DNA of 64,000 nucleotides from Nitrospirota bacterium (lineage in GTDB: Bacteria; Nitrospirota; Nitrospiria; Nitrospirales; Nitrospiraceae): assembly GCA_963701855.1 (NCBI GenBank), contig CAVPBK010000006.1, forward strand, positions 576,001-640,000. The letters run 5' to 3'. The first letter of the stretch is position 1; the number at the start of each line of letters is the position of its first letter. Under the pieces are notes generated by a model. It was not told the DNA's origin. It did not search any database and was given only the letters and a program-made list of their open reading frames with translations. Shown here piece by piece: positions 37,540 through 46,411 of this stretch. A program made the position numbers and the translations under genes.

Positions 37540-37597
37540 CTGAGGATCAATGTAATGCCTTACCGAAACCGGACGGAAAAAGGGAGGAAAGCTGTGC

Positions 37598-38806
37598 ATG
37601 CTGAGTCTTGAACATATCGAAGCGGCAGCCGACCGCATTAGGCCCGAGATCTATCAGTCTCCACTCGTGCACTCACAAACCCTGTCTCTCCTGACTGGGA
37701 ATTCGATCTATCTCAAGCTTGAAAACTTGCAGATGACGGGGTCGTTTAAGGAGCGTGGGGCCTTGAATCGAATCCTAACGATGACTGATCACGAACGGCG
37801 ACAGGGAGTTATTGCGGCCTCGGCTGGAAATCATGGACAAGGGTTGGCGTATCATGCTGCCAAGCATGACATTCCGGTCCAGATCTGGATGCCGCGCTCG
37901 ACGCCGCTCATCAAGCTTTCTGCCACCCGTGCATACGGTGCAGACGTCATCCTGTATGGCGATAGTTACGATGAGGCCTGTGTGGCGGCTGTCGAGCGGA
38001 GTGTCCAGAAGAATGCCACATTTGTCCATCCCTTCGACGACGATGAAGTAATTGCCGGTCAAGGAACCCTCGGCTTAGAAATCCTAATGCAGAACTCGGC
38101 GTTGGATGTGATCATCGTACCCATTGGTGGGGGCGGGCTTATCGGCGGTATCGGGTGCGCAGTGAAATCGCGGAACCCGCAGGTTGAGGTGGTTGGAGTT
38201 CAAACGTCCCGATTGCCATCAATGAAAGCCGCTCTGGAACACCAGGCACCAGTCAATCTGCCTGTACAATCGACACTGGCTGACGGAATCGCCGTTCGCC
38301 AGGCGGGATCGCGAACCCTTCCACTGGTCCAGAAATATGTCGATCAGATCGTGACCGTCGATGAAGATGAAATCGCAGCGGCGATCCTGATGCTCCTAGA
38401 GAACGAGAAGACCTTGGCAGAAGGGGCCGGTGCCGTTGCGCTTGCGGCGGTGCTACAGGCAAGAACAGGCCATCGCGGCATGAAGATCGCGGTGCTGGTG
38501 TCCGGGGGCAATCTCGACGTGAATCTTCTGGCGAGAATTATTGAGCAGGGCATGGTTCGGGATGGGAGGCGGCTGCGTCTGCGAGTGCGTTTGCCGGATT
38601 ATCCAGGGGCATTGGAAGGATTGACAGCTCTGATCGCAAAGGCCCGCGCCAACATCGTGGAGACATCCTATAACCGTGCGCACTATGGCGTGGGTCTGAA
38701 CGAAGCCGCCATCGACATCACTATGGAAACCCGCGGACGTGATCACGCCTCGGAACTGTTGGCAGCGATCACAGACTCGCACTATCAATTCAGTCTCGTC
38801 GAATGA
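37598..38806 (+). CDS. ilvA: Threonine ammonia-lyase with C-terminal ACT domain
   Basis: KLENLQMTGSFKERGA, ASAGNH, GGGGL, SGGN, LPDYPGAL. Confidence 0.93.
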   Translation: MLSLEHIEAAADRIRPEIYQSPLVHSQTLSLLTGNSIYLKLENLQMTGSFKERGALNRILTMTDHERRQGVIAASAGNHGQGLAYHAAKHDIPVQIWMPRSTPLIKLSATRAYGADVILYGDSYDEACVAAVERSVQKNATFVHPFDDDEVIAGQGTLGLEILMQNSALDVIIVPIGGGGLIGGIGCAVKSRNPQVEVVGVQTSRLPSMKAALEHQAPVNLPVQSTLADGIAVRQAGSRTLPLVQKYVDQIVTVDEDEIAAAILMLLENEKTLAEGAGAVALAAVLQARTGHRGMKIAVLVSGGNLDVNLLARIIEQGMVRDGRRLRLRVRLPDYPGALEGLTALIAKARANIVETSYNRAHYGVGLNEAAIDITMETRGRDHASELLAAITDSHYQFSLVE

Positions 38807-38889
38807 GCAGTGGGCTGGAACCCTTACAATTGGCACACGCACACTCTTTTGAGATGAACTCCTCCGTTGAGACAGATCTAATTCCCTTC

Positions 38890-39780
38890 TTATTCAGGAG
38901 GCAAATTCATCCGTTTGATCCTTCGTTGCTCAAGTGCTTCGGTAAACTGCTTTCCTCTAGTTAGACCTTCCGGCGAGATGTCTTTCGAGGTGATTTTTTG
39001 ATATTCTTCCTGACTATCTTCCACCAATTGCTCATAGGAGTACTGCTTGACGACTGCTCGTCGAGTTATACAACCGAGCAGCGAGAGACACTCCTCTGAT
39101 TCAGGTGGTCGAGCAACCTTATAGGTTCTTGCCATTATCCACAGACACACGTCTACGACTTGCAATCCAACCGATACGTGAGATGACACTAGCTCAATTG
39201 GACACCCAAAGGTCTTAACCTTTTCAACAAGCAAGGAGTCTCGTGGCATTGTGACTCCATGCAGAACTTTAAAGGTTTCAGCAATTGCGCGACCGAATTG
39301 TTTCTGCACATCGTGATAGAAACGCACCACCTCGACTCCCAATGGCTTTATAAGATCGTGGAGCCCATCAATTAGACTGATGAAAGCTTGGATATTCGGA
39401 GAATCTAACCCATAGGTATCATCTTCCTTAGGTAATTTTGGCCTCAGCACCACTGCGGGGTTTCTCATTGCCCATGAGATGGCATCGAGCAATAGCTCCT
39501 TTCCTCTTGGGTCAGTCATTTGCTCGGATATCCGGAGCTGCAGGGTTTCGAGCACTTCACAAAACACCTTATGGTTCCCATTCACATAGGCGTTCCAAAA
39601 CTTTTTCTTGTCACTTCGGAGCAGGGATGCAACCAATGGGAGTGTGAGCATCCTGCGAAATGGAAATAGAAGATCATGAGATGGCGATACAGCCTGATTG
39701 TAATCACTATCCAGCAACATCTCTGCCAGTCGGATGGCAGCTCTGTGGGCCTTTTCAGTTATAGTAAAAAGAAACCGTTT
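38890..39780 (-). pseudogene. 5'-truncated DUF3800-like gene
   Basis: FYHDVQKQF and VGLQVVDVCLW motifs; the frame extends about 30 codons upstream of ATG 39720 and then hits TAG; no N-terminal DExG motif; AT-rich. Confidence 0.55.
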
Positions 39781-40126
39781 CCACGGCCCTCCTCCAGCCT
39801 ACCCAGACTCACTCAGGCCAAGTCCAGCCAAGAGTTAAGAGAAAAGCGAACTTTGGCTGAAGTGGGCTGGAATGAGTTGGAGTTGAGCACAAAATGAGCA
39901 CAGCACAATCGGATCCCCGATCTGGACCCATTGCGAGCCTTGCGACTTGAGCTTCCAAGGGGACTAGTCGCGTGAATCACACGGATTGAGAACGTTCCAG
40001 ACTTCATCGAACCTGGTCCCAGTTAAGGGGAGCAGGTCACTCGCTGTATTTCATGGGGGCAATTCGATCGGAGATTTACGGATCGATGGATCTGGGGGAA
40101 TACGTGGCTTGGGCGTTAGGTGGGGA

Positions 40127-40573
40127 TCAATTAATTATGGGGCGGAGACCAAGTAGCCGCTTGCTCACGCATTGGCACATGCAGAGGTCGAGAGTCGCCT
40201 TTTCAAGTGGTACTTTTTCGAGAGGTACCTCAGTCTTCGAATACCGAGCACTCTTCATCCACATGGTGGTGCAAATATAGCCCCTTCCAGCGCAGGCCTG
40301 GCCTGGATTCGCGCACACGTTGCTCTTGGGTGCCATGCAGTGCGCACCCTCTGGTGCTTCCGAGAACTGTGGCTGTAGTGATTGGACCGCATGTGTAGGA
40401 GCACGACTTCCTTCGGCGACTTGAATGGACTCGCAACCGGCGGCTTGTGCGCAATCTTGGATCAGTAGGGGTGAAGAGCCTTGTATAAAAAGAAATAGGG
40501 AAATGGAAGGGAGAATGGTCGCCCCAATAGCCAATTGGGGCATTAGCCGATTGAGATGCATTATCCCCTCCAA
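40127..40573 (-). CDS. Possible cysteine-rich secreted protein
   Basis: Hydrophobic N-terminus, 9 Cys, VPLEK tandem duplication; family not recognised. Confidence 0.35.
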   Translation of the reverse strand: MEGIMHLNRLMPQLAIGATILPSISLFLFIQGSSPLLIQDCAQAAGCESIQVAEGSRAPTHAVQSLQPQFSEAPEGAHCMAPKSNVCANPGQACAGRGYICTTMWMKSARYSKTEVPLEKVPLEKATLDLCMCQCVSKRLLGLRPIIN

Positions 40574-40793
40574 TTGGAAAGAGTCATGGCGTCATGGTTG
40601 TTATTCCTGAAATGCTGCCATCTGCTGTTCCAGCCAATGAGAATTGGCACATCATAGTTACACCTAATTCTCATAATATAGCAACTCAGCTTAAATCAAC
40701 CGGGATTCGGTTCCAACAGGGAGTGTCAATTTCTGACCAGCCGAGGGAGGATTGCACCATCTACCATGCTAGTTCTCACCTCGCAAGTTGGAC

Positions 40794-40911
40794 GGCTTCG
40801 GGAGCGCGTGGCTGGCCCCTGAGACTGCTGTGAGGACGGATCGTGTGGCAGTGAATTCTCCAGCGTTCGATGATGATTGGAGGCTTCTTTCAGCGTGTAG
40901 AACAGTTCCCC
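40794..40911 (-). pseudogene. IS3-family transposase C-terminal remnant
   Basis: Translates GELFYTLKEA/IIIERWRIHCHTIRPHSSLRGQPRAPEA with one frameshift. Confidence 0.7.
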
Positions 40912-41148
40912 GCCTAGAACTCGAACCTGTGGACTCTAACTGTTTATTCCGTCATCCCAAAAATCGAAGGTTGGCAAAACATTTGCCTGATAAGACTAAC
41001 CGTCTGGGGGCATGCCAAAATCGCTGTGAAGAACGAGCCACTATCCTTTGGATTCAGTTGAAGATCAATGGGAGCTGTCAAAGGGGTCAAAAACAACTGG
41101 TTTTGAACCAGGCCTTCATCACATGGCCCCTGCTCAGCACATTCACGG

Positions 41149-41400
41149 CTAGAAACGAGTGGCCATTTTCTCCGCCAGCGGATGCAACCGTTCGATCACG
41201 ACCATAATCTTGCTGGCTCTTCGCAATCACCTCGACTCCGGCGATAGCCGTCGCTTTACTGACCTGCATGTCGTATTGAACGCGTGCTGCGCGAGGTTCG
41301 CGGGTGGCACCATGGTCGAGCAAGTAATCGGCCCAAAGGTCTTCACGTCGACCTTAATCCCCATTCTGCTTGACCCTTTCGATGCCTCCCTTCTCTGTGC
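41149..41400 (-). pseudogene. Decayed C-terminal half of a secreted-protein gene
   Basis: VDVKTFGPITCSTMVPP..NTTC / ATAIAGVEVIAKSQQD / MVVIERLHPLAEKMATRF* across two frameshifts. Confidence 0.5.
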
Positions 41401-41444
41401 CGCTGGAGCGATGGTGCTTTCCGGGCCGCACATGTGTGACCAAG

Positions 41445-41990
41445 TTAGAGCCGAGCGGCGGCGGTCCTCAGCAGCGCGACGAGTTTCTCCTTCTGTGCGA
41501 GCGGGTTGCCTCCGTGGAATGTGACCATCAGGAGGGCGCCTTTCGTTTTCACGAGGTACGCCTTCGCCGTAGCGTTGTGCATCTTGGGGTCCGCCGTGAA
41601 CACCGCGCCCTCGCCGATGCCGAGGATCTCCGATGCCCCTGGCCCACCCTTTCTGACCTCCACGAGGACTCGCTGCTTGATGTCCCCAGCGCTCAAGCCT
41701 CCCCGCCAGAATTGCGACGCGTCCGTGACGATGACATTGAGCTCGGTCTCTCCCCACTCACTGGTTCTGGGTCCCCAACTGTAGGAGCAGGCAGTAGCAA
41801 CGGGGGCGTCAGTGGTCAACACCCCACTGCCGATTTGGGCGTTCGGAGCGAGCCCTTGAATGTCGACGGGCTTCAGGAGTGCGCAGGGATCTTTGGGCAG
41901 TGCCGCTGCCGTGGCGTCGTCGCTTGCAAGGCCAGCAATAGCCAACGCAACCATGAGAGACCTCATCCGGAATTTCCAGTATGGATTCAT
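41445..41990 (-). CDS. Secreted protein with DPCALL motif (DUF3558-like)
   Basis: AGGAGG RBS, signal peptide, DPCALL...CSYSW...GIGEGA. Confidence 0.7.
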   Translation of the reverse strand: MNPYWKFRMRSLMVALAIAGLASDDATAAALPKDPCALLKPVDIQGLAPNAQIGSGVLTTDAPVATACSYSWGPRTSEWGETELNVIVTDASQFWRGGLSAGDIKQRVLVEVRKGGPGASEILGIGEGAVFTADPKMHNATAKAYLVKTKGALLMVTFHGGNPLAQKEKLVALLRTAAARL

Positions 41991-42359
41991 GTGTTCCTCC
42001 TTCCTGCTGTGGAGGCCCTACATCCCGTGGTGCCGACGGCGGCGCTTTCCGGGCCGCACATGCTTGATCAGCGACCCGTAGGGCGCCGGGGCGACCGGGG
42101 CGGCCTGCTGCGACATGACACAGGCGGGGTTGGCGGCACAATTTGGGATGCATTCCATCCAGATCATGGCACCGAATACCAGAGCACAAATATATTGGTT
42201 TTTGAACCGGCCCAAGGATAGTTCAAATCATTCAGAAAATCGACCCGCAGCCCTCCGGATTTCAGAGGGGGATTTTGAAGCAGTCAGGCGGACATTCCTG
42301 CAGGAATGGATTTTCGAAATCCCTAGTGCTCAAGAGAACACAGCAAAGAACAGGCGCAT

Positions 42360-42965
42360 CGAACCCACGAGGCTACAGACAATCTCTCCAAGCTCGCTCG
42401 TATTCCCTCTCTTGGAAGGGCATCCATGTTGGTCTACGTGCGGCCGTCGATTGCTTGCCCTCATCTACCCATTCTCAGCGAGGAGACTGGCATAGTCTCT
42501 ACTGCGCGCATCGAGGGACCACCGCTTTATCGTGGGGCCTCTGCGAGCACAGAGACTAGTCAGCTTCCTCGCCTCCCTCCTTCTCAGGGCGTGCGTTCCG
42601 GGAGCACAGGCACCCATCCCATTCTTCTCATTTTTCTCCACTTCGCCCTCAAGGGGAGCAGCCAGACTGTCCTTCACTGCGCGCATTGAGGGAGCACATT
42701 CTGATCGTGCGGCCTCAGCGAGCAAGAAGGATGGTCTGGCTACTCCCCTCCCATTCTTCCTTGTTTTTCCCCCACTTCGTCCCCAAGGGGAGTGGCCAAG
42801 GCTGCCCTTTACTGCGCGCATCGAACGATATAGATGATCCCTCCAAGCTCGCTTACTTTTCCTCTCTTGGAAGGGCACTCATGTTGGTCCAAGTGCGGCC
42901 GTCGAATGAGGCACTTCTTATGGCGCGCGTTCCGGGAGCACAGGGCCAACGTGGGTGTCCTTCCT
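42360..42965 (+). repeat. Cluster of structured hairpin repeat family A units
   Basis: At least three ACTGCGCGCAT cores (42501, 42676, 42811), each with different flanking arms. Confidence 0.85.
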
Positions 42966-43083
42966 CCTTTTCTCCTTTGACAGAGCCACCCCCTCCTGGC
43001 TATGATCACCCCTGCTTGATTCGACCTTAACGTTGAGAACCTATGGTCCCCAGCCACCATCATTTACCCAAAGGAGTAGGCGT

Positions 43084-43452
43084 ATGAAGCTCGTAATCGG
43101 CACTGTTGCAACCGTCTCCGGTGTCCTCTTTGCGTTATCGATGGCCTCGGCGAATCCATCGCTTCTCCCCAAGCACGAAGGCTACCCGATGAAGAACAGC
43201 GGGAGCCCCGTGACCGGGCAGCCGACCGCCAATGACCCAGGCCAGACCAATGCAAGTGGTGAGAAAGCCGAACTCAAGGCCGCCGCGTCCGACGATAAAC
43301 ATGTCCAGCAGAATCTCATGAAGACAGACAATGCACGCATTACCGCAGGTCAGGGAGCGAATCAGCTCCCGACTGTGCAGGGGCCACAGATCAAGATCGC
43401 TCCTCCGGTCACCTCCGCCACGAAGATCAGCGGCGACCGGAAGATCGAGTAG
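43084..43452 (+). CDS. Hypothetical secreted protein
   Basis: AAGGAG RBS; signal peptide ending ASA; TTGACA...TATGAT upstream. Confidence 0.72.
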   Translation: MKLVIGTVATVSGVLFALSMASANPSLLPKHEGYPMKNSGSPVTGQPTANDPGQTNASGEKAELKAAASDDKHVQQNLMKTDNARITAGQGANQLPTVQGPQIKIAPPVTSATKISGDRKIE

Positions 43453-43473
43453 TCGAGCCCTTCAGAAGGATAC

Positions 43474-43516
43474 AACAGGGGGGTGCCGGACTTATGCGGC
43501 GCCTCCCTGTTTTTTT
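43474..43516 (+). terminator. Intrinsic terminator
   Basis: AACAGGGGGGTGCCG / CGGCGCCTCCCTGTT stem followed by a T run. Confidence 0.75.
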
Positions 43517-44127
43517 ATGTGTCGCGTCCGAGTGGCGGCTGTAACCGTACGCAGCCGGAATCGCCAAGGCTTCTTGGCCCACTCACCCGCATAGTCAACA
43601 CCGATTCGAGGGTGTACCCCTACATCTGCTTTCTTTATCAAGGTCTCTCGATCCTCGAACCAGAGGGACTCACCGGTCGTAAGATCCAGACAGTTGAGAC
43701 GGCGATCGATCTCCAGCGCGCGACAGAGCCGCCCCGGTCCATCGATTAACTCTCCATCGATTTCAATCGCCCTGATCAATACAGCTGAGGGAAATTCTTC
43801 ACGCTCTGTCACGACATTCAGACAATGGTACATCCCGTAGATGAGGTAGACGTAGGCAACGCCTGCTGGACCAAACAGCACTTCGGTCCGTTGCGTTCGC
43901 CCCTTCGATGCATGGCAGGCCTTATCCTGGGCCCCGACATAGGCCTCCACTTCGACGATCTTCCCCGCAAGAATACGATTATCGATGACTCGAACGAGAT
44001 ACTTGCCGATGAGTGACCGCGCGACCCGAAGAGTAGACTGAGCGAAGTACCCTCGCTGCAGGATTGCCTGCCCCGGAGTCGGTTTCTTCATGAGTCCCTT
44101 ATTGTTGGATCGAGGAAGCGCAGGCAA
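43492..44127 (-). CDS. mpg: 3-methyladenine DNA glycosylase (AAG/MPG family)
   Basis: IVEVEAY, YVYLIYGMYHCLNVV, AVLIRA, GPGRLC, RIGV, PWRF. Confidence 0.92.
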   Translation of the reverse strand: MPALPRSNNKGLMKKPTPGQAILQRGYFAQSTLRVARSLIGKYLVRVIDNRILAGKIVEVEAYVGAQDKACHASKGRTQRTEVLFGPAGVAYVYLIYGMYHCLNVVTEREEFPSAVLIRAIEIDGELIDGPGRLCRALEIDRRLNCLDLTTGESLWFEDRETLIKKADVGVHPRIGVDYAGEWAKKPWRFRLRTVTAATRTRHIKKQGGAA

Positions 44128-44262
44128 TGAATTTTCGCCCCAGACCGCACCGGAAGGGATCTTGCCTGGACCGAATATCTAGACACAAAAGAGGTACCTA
44201 TCTTCTACCGATAGACGCTTGCCAGGCTAGCATCAGGGTTCCTTGTCAAGCGGAGGATGGAC

Positions 44263-45240
44263 TTACCACCCAAGGACATAGGCAAACACCAATGGCGCGA
44301 CAATCGTCGCATCGGATTCAATGATGAACTTTGGTGTCTCGACTCCTAACTTGCCCCACGTAATTTTTTCGTTGGGAACAGCCCCGGAATATGAACCGTA
44401 ACTGGTGGTTGAATCGCTGATTTGGCAGAAGTATCCCCAGAACGGCACCTGGTTTTGCCGAAGGTCTTGACTCAACATCGGCACCACACAAATCGGGAAA
44501 TCACCGGCAATCCCTCCCCCGATCTGAAAGAATCCGATAGACTGCTTCCCTGCATCTCGCATATACCACTCGGCCAGGGTCGTCATATATTCGATTCCGG
44601 TTCGAACGGTATGAACATTCCGGATTTTTCCGGTGATGCAATAGGCTGTGAAGATGTTCCCCAGAGTCGAATCCTCCCACCCCGGCACAAAGAGCGGAAG
44701 GTTTTTTGTCGCAGCGGCGTGTAGCCAGCTGTCCTGCGGATCAATTTGATAGCTATCTTTCAGCGTACCGTCGCACAAGAGGCTGTAGAGAAATTCATGT
44801 GGGAACCGGCGCTCGCCCTTCTGGTCGGACAGAATCCATTCCTCGCGTACGGCGCGCTCGATGCGGCGCATCGCCTCTTCTTCCGGAATACAGGTGTCCG
44901 TCACTCGATTGAGATGTTTCTGAAGTAACTGCTCTTCATCCTGCGCGGTCAATTCACGATAGTTGGGAATTCGCTTGTAGTGATCGTGGGCCACCAGATT
45001 GAAGAGGTCCTCTTCGAGATTGGCGCCCGTACAACAAATGGCACTCACCTTGTCCGTGCGTATCATCTCCGCCAGCGACAAGCCGAGCTCAGCCGTACTC
45101 ATTGCGCCGGCCAGAGTAAGTAGCATCTGGCCACCCTTATCCAGATGTGCCCGATACGCATGTGCGGCATCTTTTAAAACGGCGGCATTGAAGTGTCGAT
45201 AGTGGTGATCAATAAACTGCGATACAGAAGTAACCGGCAT
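44263..45240 (-). CDS. Deoxyhypusine synthase family protein
   Basis: LAGAMST, TGANLEED, IGGG, SYSGAVPNEKITWGK, SDATIVAP. Confidence 0.9.
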   Translation of the reverse strand: MPVTSVSQFIDHHYRHFNAAVLKDAAHAYRAHLDKGGQMLLTLAGAMSTAELGLSLAEMIRTDKVSAICCTGANLEEDLFNLVAHDHYKRIPNYRELTAQDEEQLLQKHLNRVTDTCIPEEEAMRRIERAVREEWILSDQKGERRFPHEFLYSLLCDGTLKDSYQIDPQDSWLHAAATKNLPLFVPGWEDSTLGNIFTAYCITGKIRNVHTVRTGIEYMTTLAEWYMRDAGKQSIGFFQIGGGIAGDFPICVVPMLSQDLRQNQVPFWGYFCQISDSTTSYGSYSGAVPNEKITWGKLGVETPKFIIESDATIVAPLVFAYVLGW

Positions 45241-45575
45241 ACATCACCTCGCTCCTCTTGCATTGAATACAGCCCAGGCACCAGCCACGGTAACTCTTTT
45301 TATGACGCCCGAATTTCCTCGCGAGAAGACATGAAGATTGCTCGACGCCGCTCACAGAATAGCACGATCAATGTGCCAAGATCGGGCAGTTTGTGGTCTT
45401 AGAATCGCCATTCTACTTGAAAGCACGCGGACCGCAGTTATTAAAAATACAAGGCAACGCCGCCCATCACAAAGCAGGGATTGCCCGGCACGAAATGAAC
45501 CCAGCTAACCCGCACTGGTTCATTTTGCAGACGCGATCAAAAAGATGTCCCTATCGTTACTTGGACCGAGGCTGC

Positions 45576-46376
45576 TCACCTAGCTGGCAGCACAAAACTC
45601 AACGTGGCATTATACAACTCGCGCTCAGCCAGTTCGGGATGAGTGGAGGGCACGATATGATCCACAACAAGCAGCTGCAGCCCCCATTTGGAGACTGGAA
45701 TCACGGCAACCCCCTGGTTGTCCGTTTTAAAGCGGGGTATTTCCTTTTCCTCCATCGGAGTTATTCCATCGCCAATCTCCACTTCAGCACCAACCAATGG
45801 TTTGGCATCGAAATAGACTTTGACCTGTAAGCCTTCTCCAGGTTTGGCCAGAAATGGATTGCCAAGAGGAACCAGTTCAAGCCGATTGCCGATGATCTTG
45901 CCATATTCGTGAGATTCAGCTGCGGATATCTGGAAGAGAGCCTTGGCGAACTTTATGGATAAGAGACTGTCTTCGGCAGAAGGCACCTGTTGCTTGCTCG
46001 TGTTGCGGTATCCACTTGGGGTCTTGACCCAGTAGCCATTATCGTAACGGGCAGCTAAGAGAACAAAGCCACTCTCGATCGCCACCGGCTCCGTTATGAG
46101 AACAGGTATGCTGCCCTGAGATGCGCTTTTGATTCCAGGAAGAAGCGAACGCTTTGACTGACCTTCAGCAAACACACTAAATTCAAACAGTTTATCCTGG
46201 TCGGGTGTCTTCATCTCTCCTGGATGACCGTGATGCACCATGGCGCGCAGGCTGCCCGTCTGATTTTTGGCCACCGTCACCCACACATCATGCGCACCTA
46301 CCGGACAAGCGACGACGAGAACGCTGACGAAGATCAATACCGCCATGCATGCATGGATCACATGTCTACTAACCAT
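45576..46376 (-). CDS. DUF4198 periplasmic protein (nickel-uptake associated)
   Basis: Signal peptide then AHDVWV; LELVPL.NP, KTDNQG, ATLSF. Confidence 0.85.
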   Translation of the reverse strand: MVSRHVIHACMAVLIFVSVLVVACPVGAHDVWVTVAKNQTGSLRAMVHHGHPGEMKTPDQDKLFEFSVFAEGQSKRSLLPGIKSASQGSIPVLITEPVAIESGFVLLAARYDNGYWVKTPSGYRNTSKQQVPSAEDSLLSIKFAKALFQISAAESHEYGKIIGNRLELVPLGNPFLAKPGEGLQVKVYFDAKPLVGAEVEIGDGITPMEEKEIPRFKTDNQGVAVIPVSKWGLQLLVVDHIVPSTHPELAERELYNATLSFVLPAR

Positions 46377-46411
46377 CTGTCACTCCTTGGTTGTTCCAGG
46401 CAAACAGGTTC

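Noticed and set aside
40100..40125. ACCTAAC inverse-core-like site after the Cys-rich ORF
   Set aside because: No complementary right arm or matching core site found, so it is not supportable as an attC.
42360..42965. Repeated units resembling a CRISPR array
   Set aside because: Units are long, nested palindromes of irregular length with no unique constant-length spacers and no cas genes.
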